Of a DNA stretch of 64,000 nt, positions 28,657 through 38,518 are shown in pieces. Both the position numbers and the translations under genes were made by a program. The number at the start of each line of letters is the position of its first letter. Position 1 is the first letter of the stretch. A model generated the notes under the pieces. That model did not search any database. It saw nothing but the letters and a program-made list of their open reading frames with translations, and was not told the DNA's origin. This DNA comes from Rhodospirillaceae bacterium (GTDB taxonomy: Bacteria > Pseudomonadota > Alphaproteobacteria > Kiloniellales > DSM-21159): positions 2,956 through 66,955 of the forward strand of contig JAJUFM010000002.1 in assembly GCA_029265995.1 (NCBI GenBank), written 5' to 3'.

Positions 28657-28848
28657 TCCTCGGTGCGCGCGGCCGAGGTTCATGCAGTTGCTAGCGCAGC
28701 GTCCTCCGCTGTGTTAACGGATAGGCGGCAGCGTAGGGCCTCCGGCAAGGCAGGGGCGCGTCAAGAAGCTGTAGGCAAAACGTTCGGGGGCAAGTGGATG
28801 CCGGGCTCGGGATGTTTCAGGCGTGCGCAATTCTGGCGGCGAGCGCCT

Positions 28849-29775
28849 ATGCGCACAGCGATTTTGCTCCTTAGCAGCAGTTTGCTTCTCAGCGCCTGCG
28901 CTAGCAGCGGACTTCCAGCGGGGCAAGAGGAAGCGCGCTATACGCCGCTTCATGAGCGCCTTCGCTCATCATCGGGATCTACACCGGCGATGCAGAAGGC
29001 GGCGCTTGCGCAAGCTCCAATCGGTGAGGAGGAGCCTGCCGACGACGCCTACGACTACGACGACGCCACGCTGTTCGGCTATGGGGCAGAGGAAGAGGGG
29101 GATAATGACCCCCTGGAGACCTTGAACCGCTTCACCTTTGCCTTCAACGAGATGCTGGATACGCTCTTCCTGCGGCCGGCCGCCTTCACCTATCGGGAAC
29201 TCGTCCCTCTTGGCATCCGCAATGCAGTTCGGAGTTTCTTGCGCACGCTCTCCACGCCGGTGATCCTCGCCAATGACTTGCTGCAGGGTGACGGGGAACG
29301 GGCGCTGATCACCAGCAAGCGCTTCTTCGTGAATACGGCCTTCAGCCTAGGCTTCTACGACTACGCCGAGGAACTGGGTCTGCCCTACCACAGTTCAGAC
29401 TTTGGCCAGACCTTGGGTGTCCACGGTACGGGGGAAGGTTTCTATCTGGTGCTTCCCGTCTTCGGCCCCTCCAGCGCCCGGGACACGGCAGGCACGTTGG
29501 TTGACAGCTTCATGGATCCGCTATCCTATCTGGCTGCCGAGGACCTGAACGTCGTAACTCTGGGTGACGATGCGCGCCCCTATTCCTACGTGCGAACTGG
29601 AGCATCGGGCTTGGAAGCGCGCTCACGGTCGATGGACGTCATCGATCAGGCGCTTGAGGGTTCTCTAGATCATTACACCCGGGTCCGCTCCCTCTGGCGT
29701 CAGGCGCGTGAGGCGGATATCGAAAAGCGCAGTGCAGGAGAAGACCCGGATTTCGGCCTCGGCGGCTTGCCCTGA
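28849..29775 (+). CDS. mlaA: MlaA/VacJ-family outer-membrane lipoprotein
   Basis: Internal ATG 28849 gives a signal peptide plus lipobox LLSAC. The DPLETLNRFTFAFNEMLD VacJ motif is present. An acidic low-complexity segment follows the lipobox. Confidence 0.85.
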   Translation: MRTAILLLSSSLLLSACASSGLPAGQEEARYTPLHERLRSSSGSTPAMQKAALAQAPIGEEEPADDAYDYDDATLFGYGAEEEGDNDPLETLNRFTFAFNEMLDTLFLRPAAFTYRELVPLGIRNAVRSFLRTLSTPVILANDLLQGDGERALITSKRFFVNTAFSLGFYDYAEELGLPYHSSDFGQTLGVHGTGEGFYLVLPVFGPSSARDTAGTLVDSFMDPLSYLAAEDLNVVTLGDDARPYSYVRTGASGLEARSRSMDVIDQALEGSLDHYTRVRSLWRQAREADIEKRSAGEDPDFGLGGLP

Positions 29776-29810
29776 AGCCTCTGCCAAAAGGGCCTGTGAA
29801 AGGAGGTCAG

Positions 29811-30422
29811 ATGATTCCTCGCCTTGTTAAATCGCTGTCGCTTGTTCTTCTTGTCCTCCTGATTCCGCAGGCCCAGGCACAGGAGGGGCCGGAAGGCTTT
29901 TTGGGCAGCTTCGGACAAGAAGCCATAGCGGAACTCACCGACACCTCGGTTCCAGAGGCACAGAGGGAAGAGCGTTTCAAGGATATGCTCGACCGGGGTT
30001 TCGATCTGGAGGCCATCTCCCGCTTCATCATTGCGCGCTATTGGCGCAGCGCCGATGAGGCAGACCGGCAAGCCTTCATCGAGACCTTCAAGGATTACCT
30101 GTCGCAACGCTTTCTTCCTCTTTTTGCCGGCTATCAGGGAGACTTCGCCACTGGCAGCGCGCGCCCGGACCGGGATAATCCCGAGCTTTCCTGGGTTCCC
30201 ATCACCTTCCGCTCACCCAACGGGCAGCCTGTTGCCACCGAGTGGCGGGTTCGGAATCTGAATGGCTCTTACAAAATCCTCGACGTGCGGGCGGAGGGGG
30301 CTAGTCTCGCCCTGACCCTCCGCGAGGAATACGCCTCCGTGATGCGCCGTGAAGGCGGGCTTGCCGGATTGGTGGAACAACTGCGCCAGCAGGTAGCACG
30401 CGGTGCGTTTCGCCCGGACTGA
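29811..30422 (+). CDS. mlaC: MlaC/Ttg2D-family periplasmic phospholipid-binding protein
   Basis: ATG 29811 is preceded by AGGAGG. The protein has a signal peptide and the toluene-tolerance Ttg2D pattern (ISRFIIARYWR). Confidence 0.8.
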   Translation: MIPRLVKSLSLVLLVLLIPQAQAQEGPEGFLGSFGQEAIAELTDTSVPEAQREERFKDMLDRGFDLEAISRFIIARYWRSADEADRQAFIETFKDYLSQRFLPLFAGYQGDFATGSARPDRDNPELSWVPITFRSPNGQPVATEWRVRNLNGSYKILDVRAEGASLALTLREEYASVMRREGGLAGLVEQLRQQVARGAFRPD

Positions 30423-30452
30423 GGCGACCATAACCTAAGTGGGAGCCGGATC

Positions 30453-31250
30453 TTGACTGGATCCGAAGCGGAACCCCGGATTCCCCCCAACGCGAAGATC
30501 GCTTTCCTCGCGGCCGACACCGAAAAGGCAATTGCAGCCCAGACTGAACTCGCCCTTCGGTATAATGCGGTGGATCCGGATGAGGCCGACGTCATCGTTG
30601 CCCTGGGTGGCGACGGCTTCATGCTGGAAACACTCCACCGCACCTTTGCTCGTCCCGTGCCGATCTACGGAATGAACTGCGGTACGGTCGGTTTCCTGAT
30701 GAACGAATTCAACGGGGACGACCTGCCAGCACGCCTGGCGCAGGCGGAAGAGGTTCGTTTGCACCCCCTGCGCATGGTAAGCCTGACCCGAAGCGGGGGC
30801 CGGGCCGAGGCTCTCGCAATCAACGAAGTTGCGCTATTTCGGGAAAGTCGACAGGCCGCGAAGATCCGCATCCGGATCGACGGTGTCGTGCGGCTTGAGG
30901 AACTGGTTTGTGACGGCGTGCTTGTCGCAACACCGGCCGGCAGTACTGCCTACAACCTCTCCGCACATGGGCCGATCCTGCCGCTCGGCACTCCCCTGTT
31001 GACCCTCACCCCAATCAGCGCTTTTCGCCCGCGCCGCTGGCGAGGTGCCTTGCTGCCCCATCGGGCGGAAGTTTGCTTCGACGTGCTCGAACATGACAAG
31101 CGGCCGGTTTCGGCCACCGCCGACTTCACCGAGATCCGCGACGTGGTTCAGGTCACGGTCCGCGAGGACCGAGAAAGCAGCCTGCGCCTCCTATTCGATG
31201 CCGAGCATAACCTCGAGGAGCGCATCCTCAAGGAGCAGTTCATCCCCTAA
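30453..31250 (+). CDS. nadK: NAD kinase
   Basis: 265 aa, TTG start. GGDGFML and [17 protein letters not shown] motifs are present. Confidence 0.88.
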   Translation: MTGSEAEPRIPPNAKIAFLAADTEKAIAAQTELALRYNAVDPDEADVIVALGGDGFMLETLHRTFARPVPIYGMNCGTVGFLMNEFNGDDLPARLAQAEEVRLHPLRMVSLTRSGGRAEALAINEVALFRESRQAAKIRIRIDGVVRLEELVCDGVLVATPAGSTAYNLSAHGPILPLGTPLLTLTPISAFRPRRWRGALLPHRAEVCFDVLEHDKRPVSATADFTEIRDVVQVTVREDRESSLRLLFDAEHNLEERILKEQFIP

Positions 31251-31256
31251 CGGGAG

Positions 31257-32342
31257 TTAGACTCGGCTAGCTGTGGCCCGCCCCAAGAGCTCCAACGCCT
31301 CCTTCGCCAGGTGCCTGGTGAGCTCTCCAGCAGGCATAGGCTTGCACAGACCGCCCGATTGGCCCGACCAGAGAGACATGAAGTCGCCAGAACCTTCGGC
31401 CTCGCTTGCGGTCCGAAGCGGCGCGACGGCTCCGCCGGCAAACGGAAAGGCCGGCGCTTCGGCCGACATGGGACCGAGCTCTCGCATGATGCGATTGACG
31501 AAGCCGCGCGCAGGGCGACCGGTAAAAATATTGGTAAGAGCGGTCTCCCGCTCCCTCCCCTCTGCCAGCGCTCGCCGGTGGATCTCGCTGATCGTCGCCT
31601 CGGGGGTGAAGAGATAGGCCGTGCCGACCTGAACACCCGCGGCACCTAGCATAAAAGCAGCAGCAATTCCACGTCCATCGGACACGCCGCCGGCGGCGAT
31701 CACTGGCACCTTCACCGCATCAACAACAAGAGGGACGAGAGAGAATGTGCCGATTTGGGACGCGACATCGTCACTGCGGAACATGCCTCGATGTCCGCCC
31801 GCTTCGACTCCCTGAGCGATGATCGCATGGCATCCGCCTGCTTCCAGCCAGCGCGCCTCATCCACCGTGGTGGCCGAGGCAATGACCTTCGCACCAGTGC
31901 TCAGGACTCTGTCCAGCAGCTGTCGCTCTGGCAGCCCGAAGTGGAAACTGACAACTTCCGGGCGCAACTCCTCAACCAGTGCACAAAACTCCTCGTCGAA
32001 AGGCGCACGATTGGAGGGGGTGAGCGGTGCATCCGGGTCCAGGCCGAACTCTCGATAATAGGGTGCCAATGCCCGCCGCCACCGCGTTTCCCGCTCATCG
32101 TCCCATTCCGGCTGTCGGTGGCAGAAAAAGTTGACGTTGATCGGCTTGGACGTCTGCTGACGGATGATGCCGAACTGCGATCTCAACTGCTCATGGCTCA
32201 TCAGGGCGCAGGGGAGAGAGCCCAGACCTCCTGCCTCGGCCACTGCGATCGCCAACTCGGCTCGACCGGCCCCTGCCATGGGTGCCTGGATGATAGGCAA
32301 CTCGATCCCCATGAGCGTCTGGATGCGTTGGTCCGGCCACAT
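31257..32342 (-). CDS. Nitronate monooxygenase (NMO family), second paralogue
   Basis: ATG 32342 has GGGAG upstream and gives 361 aa. IELPIIQAPMAG and FMN-barrel motifs are present. Confidence 0.85.
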   Translation of the reverse strand: MWPDQRIQTLMGIELPIIQAPMAGAGRAELAIAVAEAGGLGSLPCALMSHEQLRSQFGIIRQQTSKPINVNFFCHRQPEWDDERETRWRRALAPYYREFGLDPDAPLTPSNRAPFDEEFCALVEELRPEVVSFHFGLPERQLLDRVLSTGAKVIASATTVDEARWLEAGGCHAIIAQGVEAGGHRGMFRSDDVASQIGTFSLVPLVVDAVKVPVIAAGGVSDGRGIAAAFMLGAAGVQVGTAYLFTPEATISEIHRRALAEGRERETALTNIFTGRPARGFVNRIMRELGPMSAEAPAFPFAGGAVAPLRTASEAEGSGDFMSLWSGQSGGLCKPMPAGELTRHLAKEALELLGRATASRV

Positions 32343-32421
32343 GATCGCTACTCCCTGATCGGCTCGCAGCACCAGCCAAACCTTCGTACTTCGGACGCGG
32401 GTGCTGCCTCTTTAGGTCGCG

Positions 32422-33198
32422 TTATGAATATCCCATCGCGCGAAGCTCTTGCTGGAGCGCGGCGATTCGATTGGCATCGGCGGGGTGGGTAGAGAGGAAC
32501 TCGGCGGGTTGGCCTTGCTGCTTCTGCTCGGCCATCGACTGCCAGAATGTGAGGGCGGCGCGGGGGTCATAGCCAGCGGCAGCCGCATAGTGGAGCCCCA
32601 GGCGGTCCGCCTCGTACTCCTGCTTGCGAGAGTACGGCAAAAGCACGCCGTACTGCACGCCGGCGCCAAGCAAGGCCGCGGCCGCCTCGCCGCCGCCCAG
32701 GCCCATCTGGGCGAGAGAAACGCCCACTTCCGAAAGCATGCTCTGGCTGACGCGCTCAGCAGAGTGACGGCTGGTCACATGGGCTACTTCGTGACCCACC
32801 ACGGCAGCGATTTCGTCGTCGCTGCGCGCCAGTTCGATCAGGCCGGTATTTACGCCGATCTTGCCGCCAGGCAGGGCAAAGGCATTTGCCTGCTCGTTCT
32901 CGAAGACCGCATATTCCCAATCGTAGCGCTCCTCGAGCCCGGCGGCACGAACGATGCGGCTACCGATCTCCTCGATACGGCGGTTCAACTGCGGACTGCG
33001 AGATACGCGTTCCTGCTGGCGAATGTCTCGCCATGCGGCGCCTCCCATCTCGCTCAGCTGTCCTTCGTCGACCAGAATCAACTGCTGCCGGCCCAACTGC
33101 GGGTTGGTGGAGCAGCCGGCGACCACCAGCAACGAACTGGCGCCCAGTCCGCGCAGCATCGTTCGTCTCGAGAAGAGAGGTTTGTCGACTCCGCACAT
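32422..33198 (-). CDS. M48-family zinc metallopeptidase lipoprotein
   Basis: ATG 33198 has GGAGGTG upstream. The signal has a twin-Arg-like motif and lipobox LVVAGC. The HEVAH zinc motif is present. Confidence 0.85.
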   Translation of the reverse strand: MCGVDKPLFSRRTMLRGLGASSLLVVAGCSTNPQLGRQQLILVDEGQLSEMGGAAWRDIRQQERVSRSPQLNRRIEEIGSRIVRAAGLEERYDWEYAVFENEQANAFALPGGKIGVNTGLIELARSDDEIAAVVGHEVAHVTSRHSAERVSQSMLSEVGVSLAQMGLGGGEAAAALLGAGVQYGVLLPYSRKQEYEADRLGLHYAAAAGYDPRAALTFWQSMAEQKQQGQPAEFLSTHPADANRIAALQQELRAMGYS

Positions 33199-33510
33199 GC
33201 TCACCTCCTGCCCTATGTGGATCCGGTTCAGCCAAAATCTGGAACCCATGGCGCGGATGTTGCGATCCACGCCCGTATCGACGTCTTGCAAGCCTAGAGC
33301 CAGATAGCGCGACCCTCGCCTGGGCAACCTTGCCGACCACTGGGTCCGGTGGGTCAGAAGGGGAAGGATGGCGGAGGCGCGGAAGGGAGGCAAGCGGGAA
33401 GGATAAGCAAAGCGGTGCAGCTTCGATAGACATCCCGCCCATGCAAGGCGCTTAGCGAAGGGCGGAACGGGGGCGGGCCACCGCTCGCTGCGGTGACCCG
33501 CCAGACCTCG

Positions 33511-33750
33511 TCACGCACGCCAGAAAGGCTTACGCGCCTCTTGCCACACCTCATCACAGGAAAGGCCTATATCCTGCAAGATATGCTCGTCCAAATCCCG
33601 AAGATGCTGCCGTTCCTGCCATCTACTGTTCCAAATGACGAGCAGGTAATACAGCGACATAACCGCCTTTAGAGGCGATATAAGAGTAGCCGAATTGACT
33701 GACGCCCTGCGAGCATCCGGGCTCATCTGTCGCGACAGGAGATGCGACAT
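33511..33750 (-). CDS. DUF1127 domain-containing small protein
   Basis: ATG 33750 has AAGGAG 9 nt upstream and gives 79 aa. The C-terminal RQHLRDLDEHILQDIGLS motif is typical of DUF1127. Confidence 0.7.
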   Translation of the reverse strand: MSHLLSRQMSPDARRASVNSATLISPLKAVMSLYYLLVIWNSRWQERQHLRDLDEHILQDIGLSCDEVWQEARKPFWRA

Positions 33751-33840
33751 GGCCAATACTCCTTTTGATATAGCAGTGATCTCTAAACCAGATCCGAATG
33801 CTAACTCTGCCTTGACAAAGATAATGTTGCTACTTGCCTG

Positions 33841-33856
33841 ATCCCGCAAACGGGAT
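33841..33856. promoter_or_regulatory. Perfect palindrome ATCCCG-CAAA-CGGGAT in the DUF1127/LysR divergent region; candidate LysR-type operator
   Basis: Read directly from the sequence, 40 nt upstream of the LysR start and about 90 nt upstream of the DUF1127 start. Confidence 0.35.
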
Positions 33857-33895
33857 AATCTCATCTTCTGGATTAGCTTTCCTCATGGGGGCGCC

Positions 33896-34852
33896 ATGGC
33901 TCGGCAGATTCCACCGCTCAATGGCCTGCGAGCCTTCGAAGCGGCGGCACGCCACCTTTCCTTCACGGAGGCGGCGCGGGAGCTCAACGTCACCCAGGCG
34001 GCTATCAGTCATCAGATCCGCGGCCTGGAAGAACGCCTGGGGATGCCGCTTTTCCACCGGAGCCATCGGGGGCTGACGCTCACCGATGCCGGGCGTAGCT
34101 ACCTGCCGTCGCTGGTCGAAGCCTTCGACCTGATGGACAAGGCAACCCGCCGCCTCACCCAACACGAAGAGGAAGGCGCACTGCGGGTGAGCGCCCTGCC
34201 CTCCTTCGCCGCGCGGTGGCTACTGCCCCGCCTACCGCGCTTTCGGGAACGGCATCCCGACATCGATATCCTTATCTCGGCGAATGAGCGCCTTTCCGAT
34301 CTGGAAACAGAGGGCATCGATGTCGGCTTGCGCTTCGGCCGAGGCCACTATCCGGGGCTGAGCAGCTACCGCTTGATGGGCGATCGAAGGCTGCCGGTAT
34401 GCAGCCCTTCCTTGATGCAGGGAGCCTGCCCCTTACGCTCGCCGGAGGACCTGCGCCACCATGTCCTGCTGCACGACGACATTGCGGAGGGGGTGGAGGC
34501 GGACTGGAAGGAGTGGCTGCAATATGTCGGGCTCAACGGCATCGACGCGTCGCGCGGACCAGGTTTTAGCGACTCCGCGATGGTGCTGGCCGCGGCCATT
34601 GCGGGACAAGGCGTGGCGCTGGCCCGTGCGAGCCTCGCGATCGACGACCTGGCAGCCGGCCTGCTTGTTCAGCCCTTCGGGCCCGCCGTGCGCGCCCGCT
34701 ATGAATACTGGTTCGTCACGACCCGCCGCAGCGCCGACTATCCCAAGGTGCGCGCCTTCCGCGATTGGCTATCTGCGGAAGCGGCTGAGACCGAAGCAAA
34801 GGTCTTCGCTTTGGCGGAGGAACTGGGCGAATTCGAATCCACGGCGCGCTAA
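33896..34852 (+). CDS. LysR-family transcriptional regulator (GcvA-like)
   Basis: 318 aa. The N-terminal HTH is LNGLRAFEAAARHLSFTEAARELNVTQAAISHQIRGLE. Confidence 0.9.
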   Translation: MARQIPPLNGLRAFEAAARHLSFTEAARELNVTQAAISHQIRGLEERLGMPLFHRSHRGLTLTDAGRSYLPSLVEAFDLMDKATRRLTQHEEEGALRVSALPSFAARWLLPRLPRFRERHPDIDILISANERLSDLETEGIDVGLRFGRGHYPGLSSYRLMGDRRLPVCSPSLMQGACPLRSPEDLRHHVLLHDDIAEGVEADWKEWLQYVGLNGIDASRGPGFSDSAMVLAAAIAGQGVALARASLAIDDLAAGLLVQPFGPAVRARYEYWFVTTRRSADYPKVRAFRDWLSAEAAETEAKVFALAEELGEFESTAR

Positions 34853-34968
34853 GACGCTCCAGCCGCTCTCTCTTCCCGCCACGGGACCCGGGGATGTCCC
34901 CCAGCCTCGCTGGTGGTATAGCTAATCCACTTTTCTCATCCTTATGCCGATAGTTGGGGAAGTAGCAC

Positions 34969-36135
34969 ATGGCAGAAGTCTCCGCCGCTAGCCGTGAGAT
35001 GATCGAGCGACTGATCGCCTTCGACACAACCAGCCGCAATTCCAACCTCGAGCTAATCGAGTTCATCCGCAGCTACCTGTCCGAGTTGGGGGTGGAGTCC
35101 GAGCTGGTTCACGATCAAAGCGGCGCAAAGGCGAACCTCTACGCCACGCTCGGCCCCAAGGACCGCGGCGGTATCGCCCTTTCCGGGCATACCGATGTCG
35201 TGCCAGTCGATGGGCAGGACTGGACTCGTGATCCTTGGAAGGTGGTGGAGCAGGACGGAAAGCTCTTCGGCCGCGGTACCTGCGACATGAAGGGTTTCAT
35301 TGCGGTGTGCCTGGCCTGGGCGCCGCGCTTCCTCGAGCAGGCCAGGAGCATGCCGGTTCACTTTTGCTTCACCTACGATGAAGAGGTTGGCTGCCTGGGC
35401 GTCCGTCCGCTCCTGGCGCATTTGGCAAGCAAGACGGTGCGGCCGCGCATGGCAATCATCGGCGAGCCGACGAGCATGAGGGTGGTCAACGCCCATAAGG
35501 GAAAGCTCAGCATGCGCGCCCACTTCCACGGGCTGGAATGCCATTCCTCTCTGGCCCCACAGGGAGTCAACGCCGTGGAGTTCGCCGCCCGGCTTATCGT
35601 GATGCTGAGCGATTTCGGCCAGCGCAAGAGCCGCGAGGGCCCCTTCGACCGAGCTTATGATGTGCCCTTCACCACAGCGCATACAGGAACGGTAGAAGGT
35701 GGGACCGCGCTCAACATCGTGCCCAAGGACTGCACCTTCGATTTCGAGTTTCGCTATTTGCCCATGGAGGACCCACAAGCACTCCTGCGTGAAGTGGTGG
35801 ACTACGCCCACCAGCAGCTTCTGCCGCAGATGCGATCGGTCTTTCCTGAAGCAGCCATAGAGTTCGAGGAAATCTCCGCCTTCTCCGGGCTGAACATTCC
35901 GGATGATCACGAGATCGTCCAGCTTGCCAAAGCGCTGACAGGTGCGAATAGCACCACCAAGGTTGCCTTTGGCACGGAAGCCGGCTTGATCTCCGATGCA
36001 GGCATTCCTTCGGTGGTCTGCGGCCCCGGCGACATCGCCCAGGCACACAAGCCGGATGAGTTCATCTCACTAGAGCAGCTTGCCTTGTGCGAGGCCTTCA
36101 TGAACCGTCTTTGCGAGCGTATCGCCGGGGACTGA
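34969..36135 (+). CDS. argE: M20-family deacylase, acetylornithine deacetylase (ArgE)-like
   Basis: 388 aa with LIAFDTTSRNSN, SGHTDVVP and GRGTCDMKG motifs of the ArgE/DapE family. Confidence 0.8.
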   Translation: MAEVSAASREMIERLIAFDTTSRNSNLELIEFIRSYLSELGVESELVHDQSGAKANLYATLGPKDRGGIALSGHTDVVPVDGQDWTRDPWKVVEQDGKLFGRGTCDMKGFIAVCLAWAPRFLEQARSMPVHFCFTYDEEVGCLGVRPLLAHLASKTVRPRMAIIGEPTSMRVVNAHKGKLSMRAHFHGLECHSSLAPQGVNAVEFAARLIVMLSDFGQRKSREGPFDRAYDVPFTTAHTGTVEGGTALNIVPKDCTFDFEFRYLPMEDPQALLREVVDYAHQQLLPQMRSVFPEAAIEFEEISAFSGLNIPDDHEIVQLAKALTGANSTTKVAFGTEAGLISDAGIPSVVCGPGDIAQAHKPDEFISLEQLALCEAFMNRLCERIAGD

Positions 36136-36142
36136 GGAGCGC

Positions 36143-37261
36143 GTGCCCGAAACGACTGCGAAACCAGCACGTAGATTCCGAGACCGGCGATCCCTGCTGC
36201 CGCCCTTGCAGCGCTGGCCGGCGATCCTTCTGGCCTTGATCTTGGGCAGTGCCGGCGGCTGGCTGGCATCATCCATTAACTTGCCCCTGCCCTGGATGAT
36301 CGGCTCCATGCTGGCCACGACAATTGCGTCGATGGTCGGCGCCCCCATCGCGATGGCAGCCGGGCTTCGCACCCTGATGGTGATGGTACTTGGCGTCATG
36401 CTGGGTAGCGGCTTTACTCCTGAGATTCTTGCCGTTCTGGGGGAGTGGACCGCCAGCCTCCTGTGCATGGCCCTCTATATCCTGCTGGGGACCGGGGCCT
36501 GCTATTACTTTTTCAGGCGACTGTGCGGCTATGACCGGGTCACCGCCTATTTCGCCGCTACCCCCGGGGGCCTCAATGAGATGGTGCTCATGGGGACCGC
36601 CTATGGCGGTGATGGGCGCCTGATTTCCCTGGTGCACTCAGCCCGCATCCTTGTGGTCGTGCTCACCATTCCCTTCGCTTTTCGCTGGTTTCTGGACGTG
36701 AGCCCGACCGGTGGCGTCGGCGTGCCGGGGCCGAGCCTCGTGGATACAAACGCCATTGATCTCGTGATCCTCGCGGCGACCGGCCTACTCGGCTGGCTGG
36801 CAGCGCGCGCCATCAAGATGCCTGCTGCCTCCATCGTGGGGCCAATGCTGGCCAGCGCGGCTGTGCACCTGGCCGGCGTCACCTCTGAGGCACCCCCGGC
36901 CGAGATCGTCGCCGCTGCCCAGGTCGGCGTGGGCGCGGCCATCGGCGCGCGTTTCGCCAACACCAGCGTGGCCTTCATTCTAAAGGCCCTACGCGATTCC
37001 CTGGGCGCCACACTGATCCTGGTGCTCATCACCCTGATTTTTGCGGGCGCGCTGGACCTTTGGCTCGGCATCGGCTTCGGCCCGCTCGTCCTCGCCTATG
37101 CTCCCGGCGGTCTCGCGGAGATGAGCCTGATCGCCATCGCCTTGGGCTCCGACGCCGCTCTGGTCGCCACCCACCACATCGTGCGCATCATCATGATCGT
37201 GGTACTGGCGACCCCGGCCTTCGCGCGGTTAACGGGGCGAAAGCCCAAGGAAGCAATCTAG
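36143..37261 (+). CDS. AbrB-family (duplicated AbrB domain) polytopic membrane protein
   Basis: 372 aa, GTG start with GAGGAG upstream, about 10 TM segments. This is the family often annotated as a putative ammonia-monooxygenase-like protein. Confidence 0.7.
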   Translation: MPETTAKPARRFRDRRSLLPPLQRWPAILLALILGSAGGWLASSINLPLPWMIGSMLATTIASMVGAPIAMAAGLRTLMVMVLGVMLGSGFTPEILAVLGEWTASLLCMALYILLGTGACYYFFRRLCGYDRVTAYFAATPGGLNEMVLMGTAYGGDGRLISLVHSARILVVVLTIPFAFRWFLDVSPTGGVGVPGPSLVDTNAIDLVILAATGLLGWLAARAIKMPAASIVGPMLASAAVHLAGVTSEAPPAEIVAAAQVGVGAAIGARFANTSVAFILKALRDSLGATLILVLITLIFAGALDLWLGIGFGPLVLAYAPGGLAEMSLIAIALGSDAALVATHHIVRIIMIVVLATPAFARLTGRKPKEAI

Positions 37262-37386
37262 CGTAGGCGGCGTGAACCGCGCCTATTACTAGGGCGCGCT
37301 TTCGGCCCTGGAGCGTATCGGCAGCCGACAGCCTGTGCTTGGCGACACGTAGCCCGGCTGCTATCTCTGTGGCGCGCTGTCCGGCT

Positions 37387-37473
37387 GGCCCCTTGGCGGA
37401 ATAGGTAGACGCACGGGACTTAAAATCCCGAGGCCGACAGGCCGTCCCGGTTCGAGTCCGGGAGGGGCCACCA
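37387..37473 (+). tRNA. tRNA-Leu (anticodon UAA)
   Basis: Folded by eye. The acceptor stem is GGCCCCT/AGGGGCC with a 3-bp D stem. The anticodon stem is CGGGA/TCCCG with loop CTTAAAA. The long variable arm is GGCC-gaca-GGCC and the T arm is CCCGG-TTCGAGT-CCGGG. CCA is encoded. Confidence 0.93.
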
Positions 37474-37498
37474 GCTGTTACGTATTCGCACTCTCCGG

Positions 37499-38518
37499 CT
37501 ATCGAGCGCCGCTCTCGCCAACCCGATCTTTTGGCAGGGGCCGAAGACCGGCCTCGCCCATTTCGCCCACGAGTGGCTGAGCAAGTTTCGATCTCGGCAT
37601 GATGGCCACGTCGAGCATGCGCCAGTGCAAGCTGAGGATGTCGCGCTCGAGCTGCTCCAGGCGTTCCGGCGTTGGCTCCCCCTCCGCAGTCACCAGGAAG
37701 ATGCTGCCGGCCAGGTAGCGGCCTTCCTCACTGAAGCGCAGGCGGCTCTCCTCAACCCAGGACAAGGCATTCAGATGCGCCCGCACCTGGTCGATCAAGG
37801 GCTCGAACTCGCTGTCGTCGACCGTCTTGGGCATCTCGTCCATGAGGTCGTGGATCGCGGCGCGGGTGTGCTTGAAGCCGTCGCGGAGGACATCGGCGGC
37901 AATGATCATCGCCGCCACGGCATCGGCCCACCACCACCCAATGCCGATCCCGAGCACGCCGACAATTCCGGCCAGCCCGGTCAGCCAGTCGGCCTTGTTC
38001 ATGAAGGCGTCGGCCCAGAGAGTCTTGTCATGTAGCTCTCGTGCTGGCTTCATTTTCAGGCGGCCGAAGATCACCGGCGGTATGACGCTGTACAGCAGCG
38101 CGGCGATCATGACCCACCCGAACCAGAGAGTGGTCCCGAAGATCTCCACGCTGCCGATCGTCGCATGCTCCGTCCTGATAAGCGTCAAGGTGGAGTCGAT
38201 GATCAGGAAGATGGCCACCCCTGCCAGCGCGACGGAGCTGACCAGGTAGGAGATAGACGACACCCGCACGTAGCCCAAAGGGAAGCGGGCATTCGGCTCC
38301 CACCCCTCGATCCAGGTGGCCGCGAGAAAGGCGATCGGCGGAACGAGGCTCAAGGCGTCCTCGATCCAGGCCGTCTTCATCGCCTGGCTGTTTCCCGCCG
38401 AGAGGTAGATGGCCGCGATGATCGAGAAAAGCACGAGAATCCATACCAGCTGGAGCCACTGAGCTCGGCGTAAGGTTCGGCGCTGCGCTTCCGGCAGACG
38501 GCGCTCGTAGCTGCTCAT
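37499..38518 (-). CDS. Cation diffusion facilitator (CDF) family transporter
   Basis: 339 aa with six TM segments and a cytoplasmic C-terminal domain. Its start overlaps the upstream SBP stop (ATGA). Confidence 0.85.
   Translation of the reverse strand: MSSYERRLPEAQRRTLRRAQWLQLVWILVLFSIIAAIYLSAGNSQAMKTAWIEDALSLVPPIAFLAATWIEGWEPNARFPLGYVRVSSISYLVSSVALAGVAIFLIIDSTLTLIRTEHATIGSVEIFGTTLWFGWVMIAALLYSVIPPVIFGRLKMKPARELHDKTLWADAFMNKADWLTGLAGIVGVLGIGIGWWWADAVAAMIIAADVLRDGFKHTRAAIHDLMDEMPKTVDDSEFEPLIDQVRAHLNALSWVEESRLRFSEEGRYLAGSIFLVTAEGEPTPERLEQLERDILSLHWRMLDVAIMPRSKLAQPLVGEMGEAGLRPLPKDRVGESGAR

Noticed and set aside
28663-28848. Long N-terminal extensions in the ORF track, such as mlaA from 28663. 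Other cases are ectC from 13083, ectD from 13590, trpG from 58686, trpD from 59506, the M48 gene from 33393, the ssuA-like gene from 42611 and ppiD from 51844.
   Set aside because: Internal starts give canonical N-termini or signal peptides and have Shine-Dalgarno sequences. The extensions overlap upstream genes or promoters and look non-coding.
33355-33416. GGA-rich tract as a CsrB/RsmZ-like CsrA-sponge sRNA.
   Set aside because: No promoter or terminator is evident on the + strand. The GGA motifs are not placed in recognisable hairpin loops. CsrA systems are not typical of the inferred lineage.
37387-37473. tRNA-Leu as a possible genomic-island integration site.
   Set aside because: No integrase, no direct repeat of the tRNA 3' end and no compositional break are visible downstream. 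The flanking genes are ordinary transport and stress genes.
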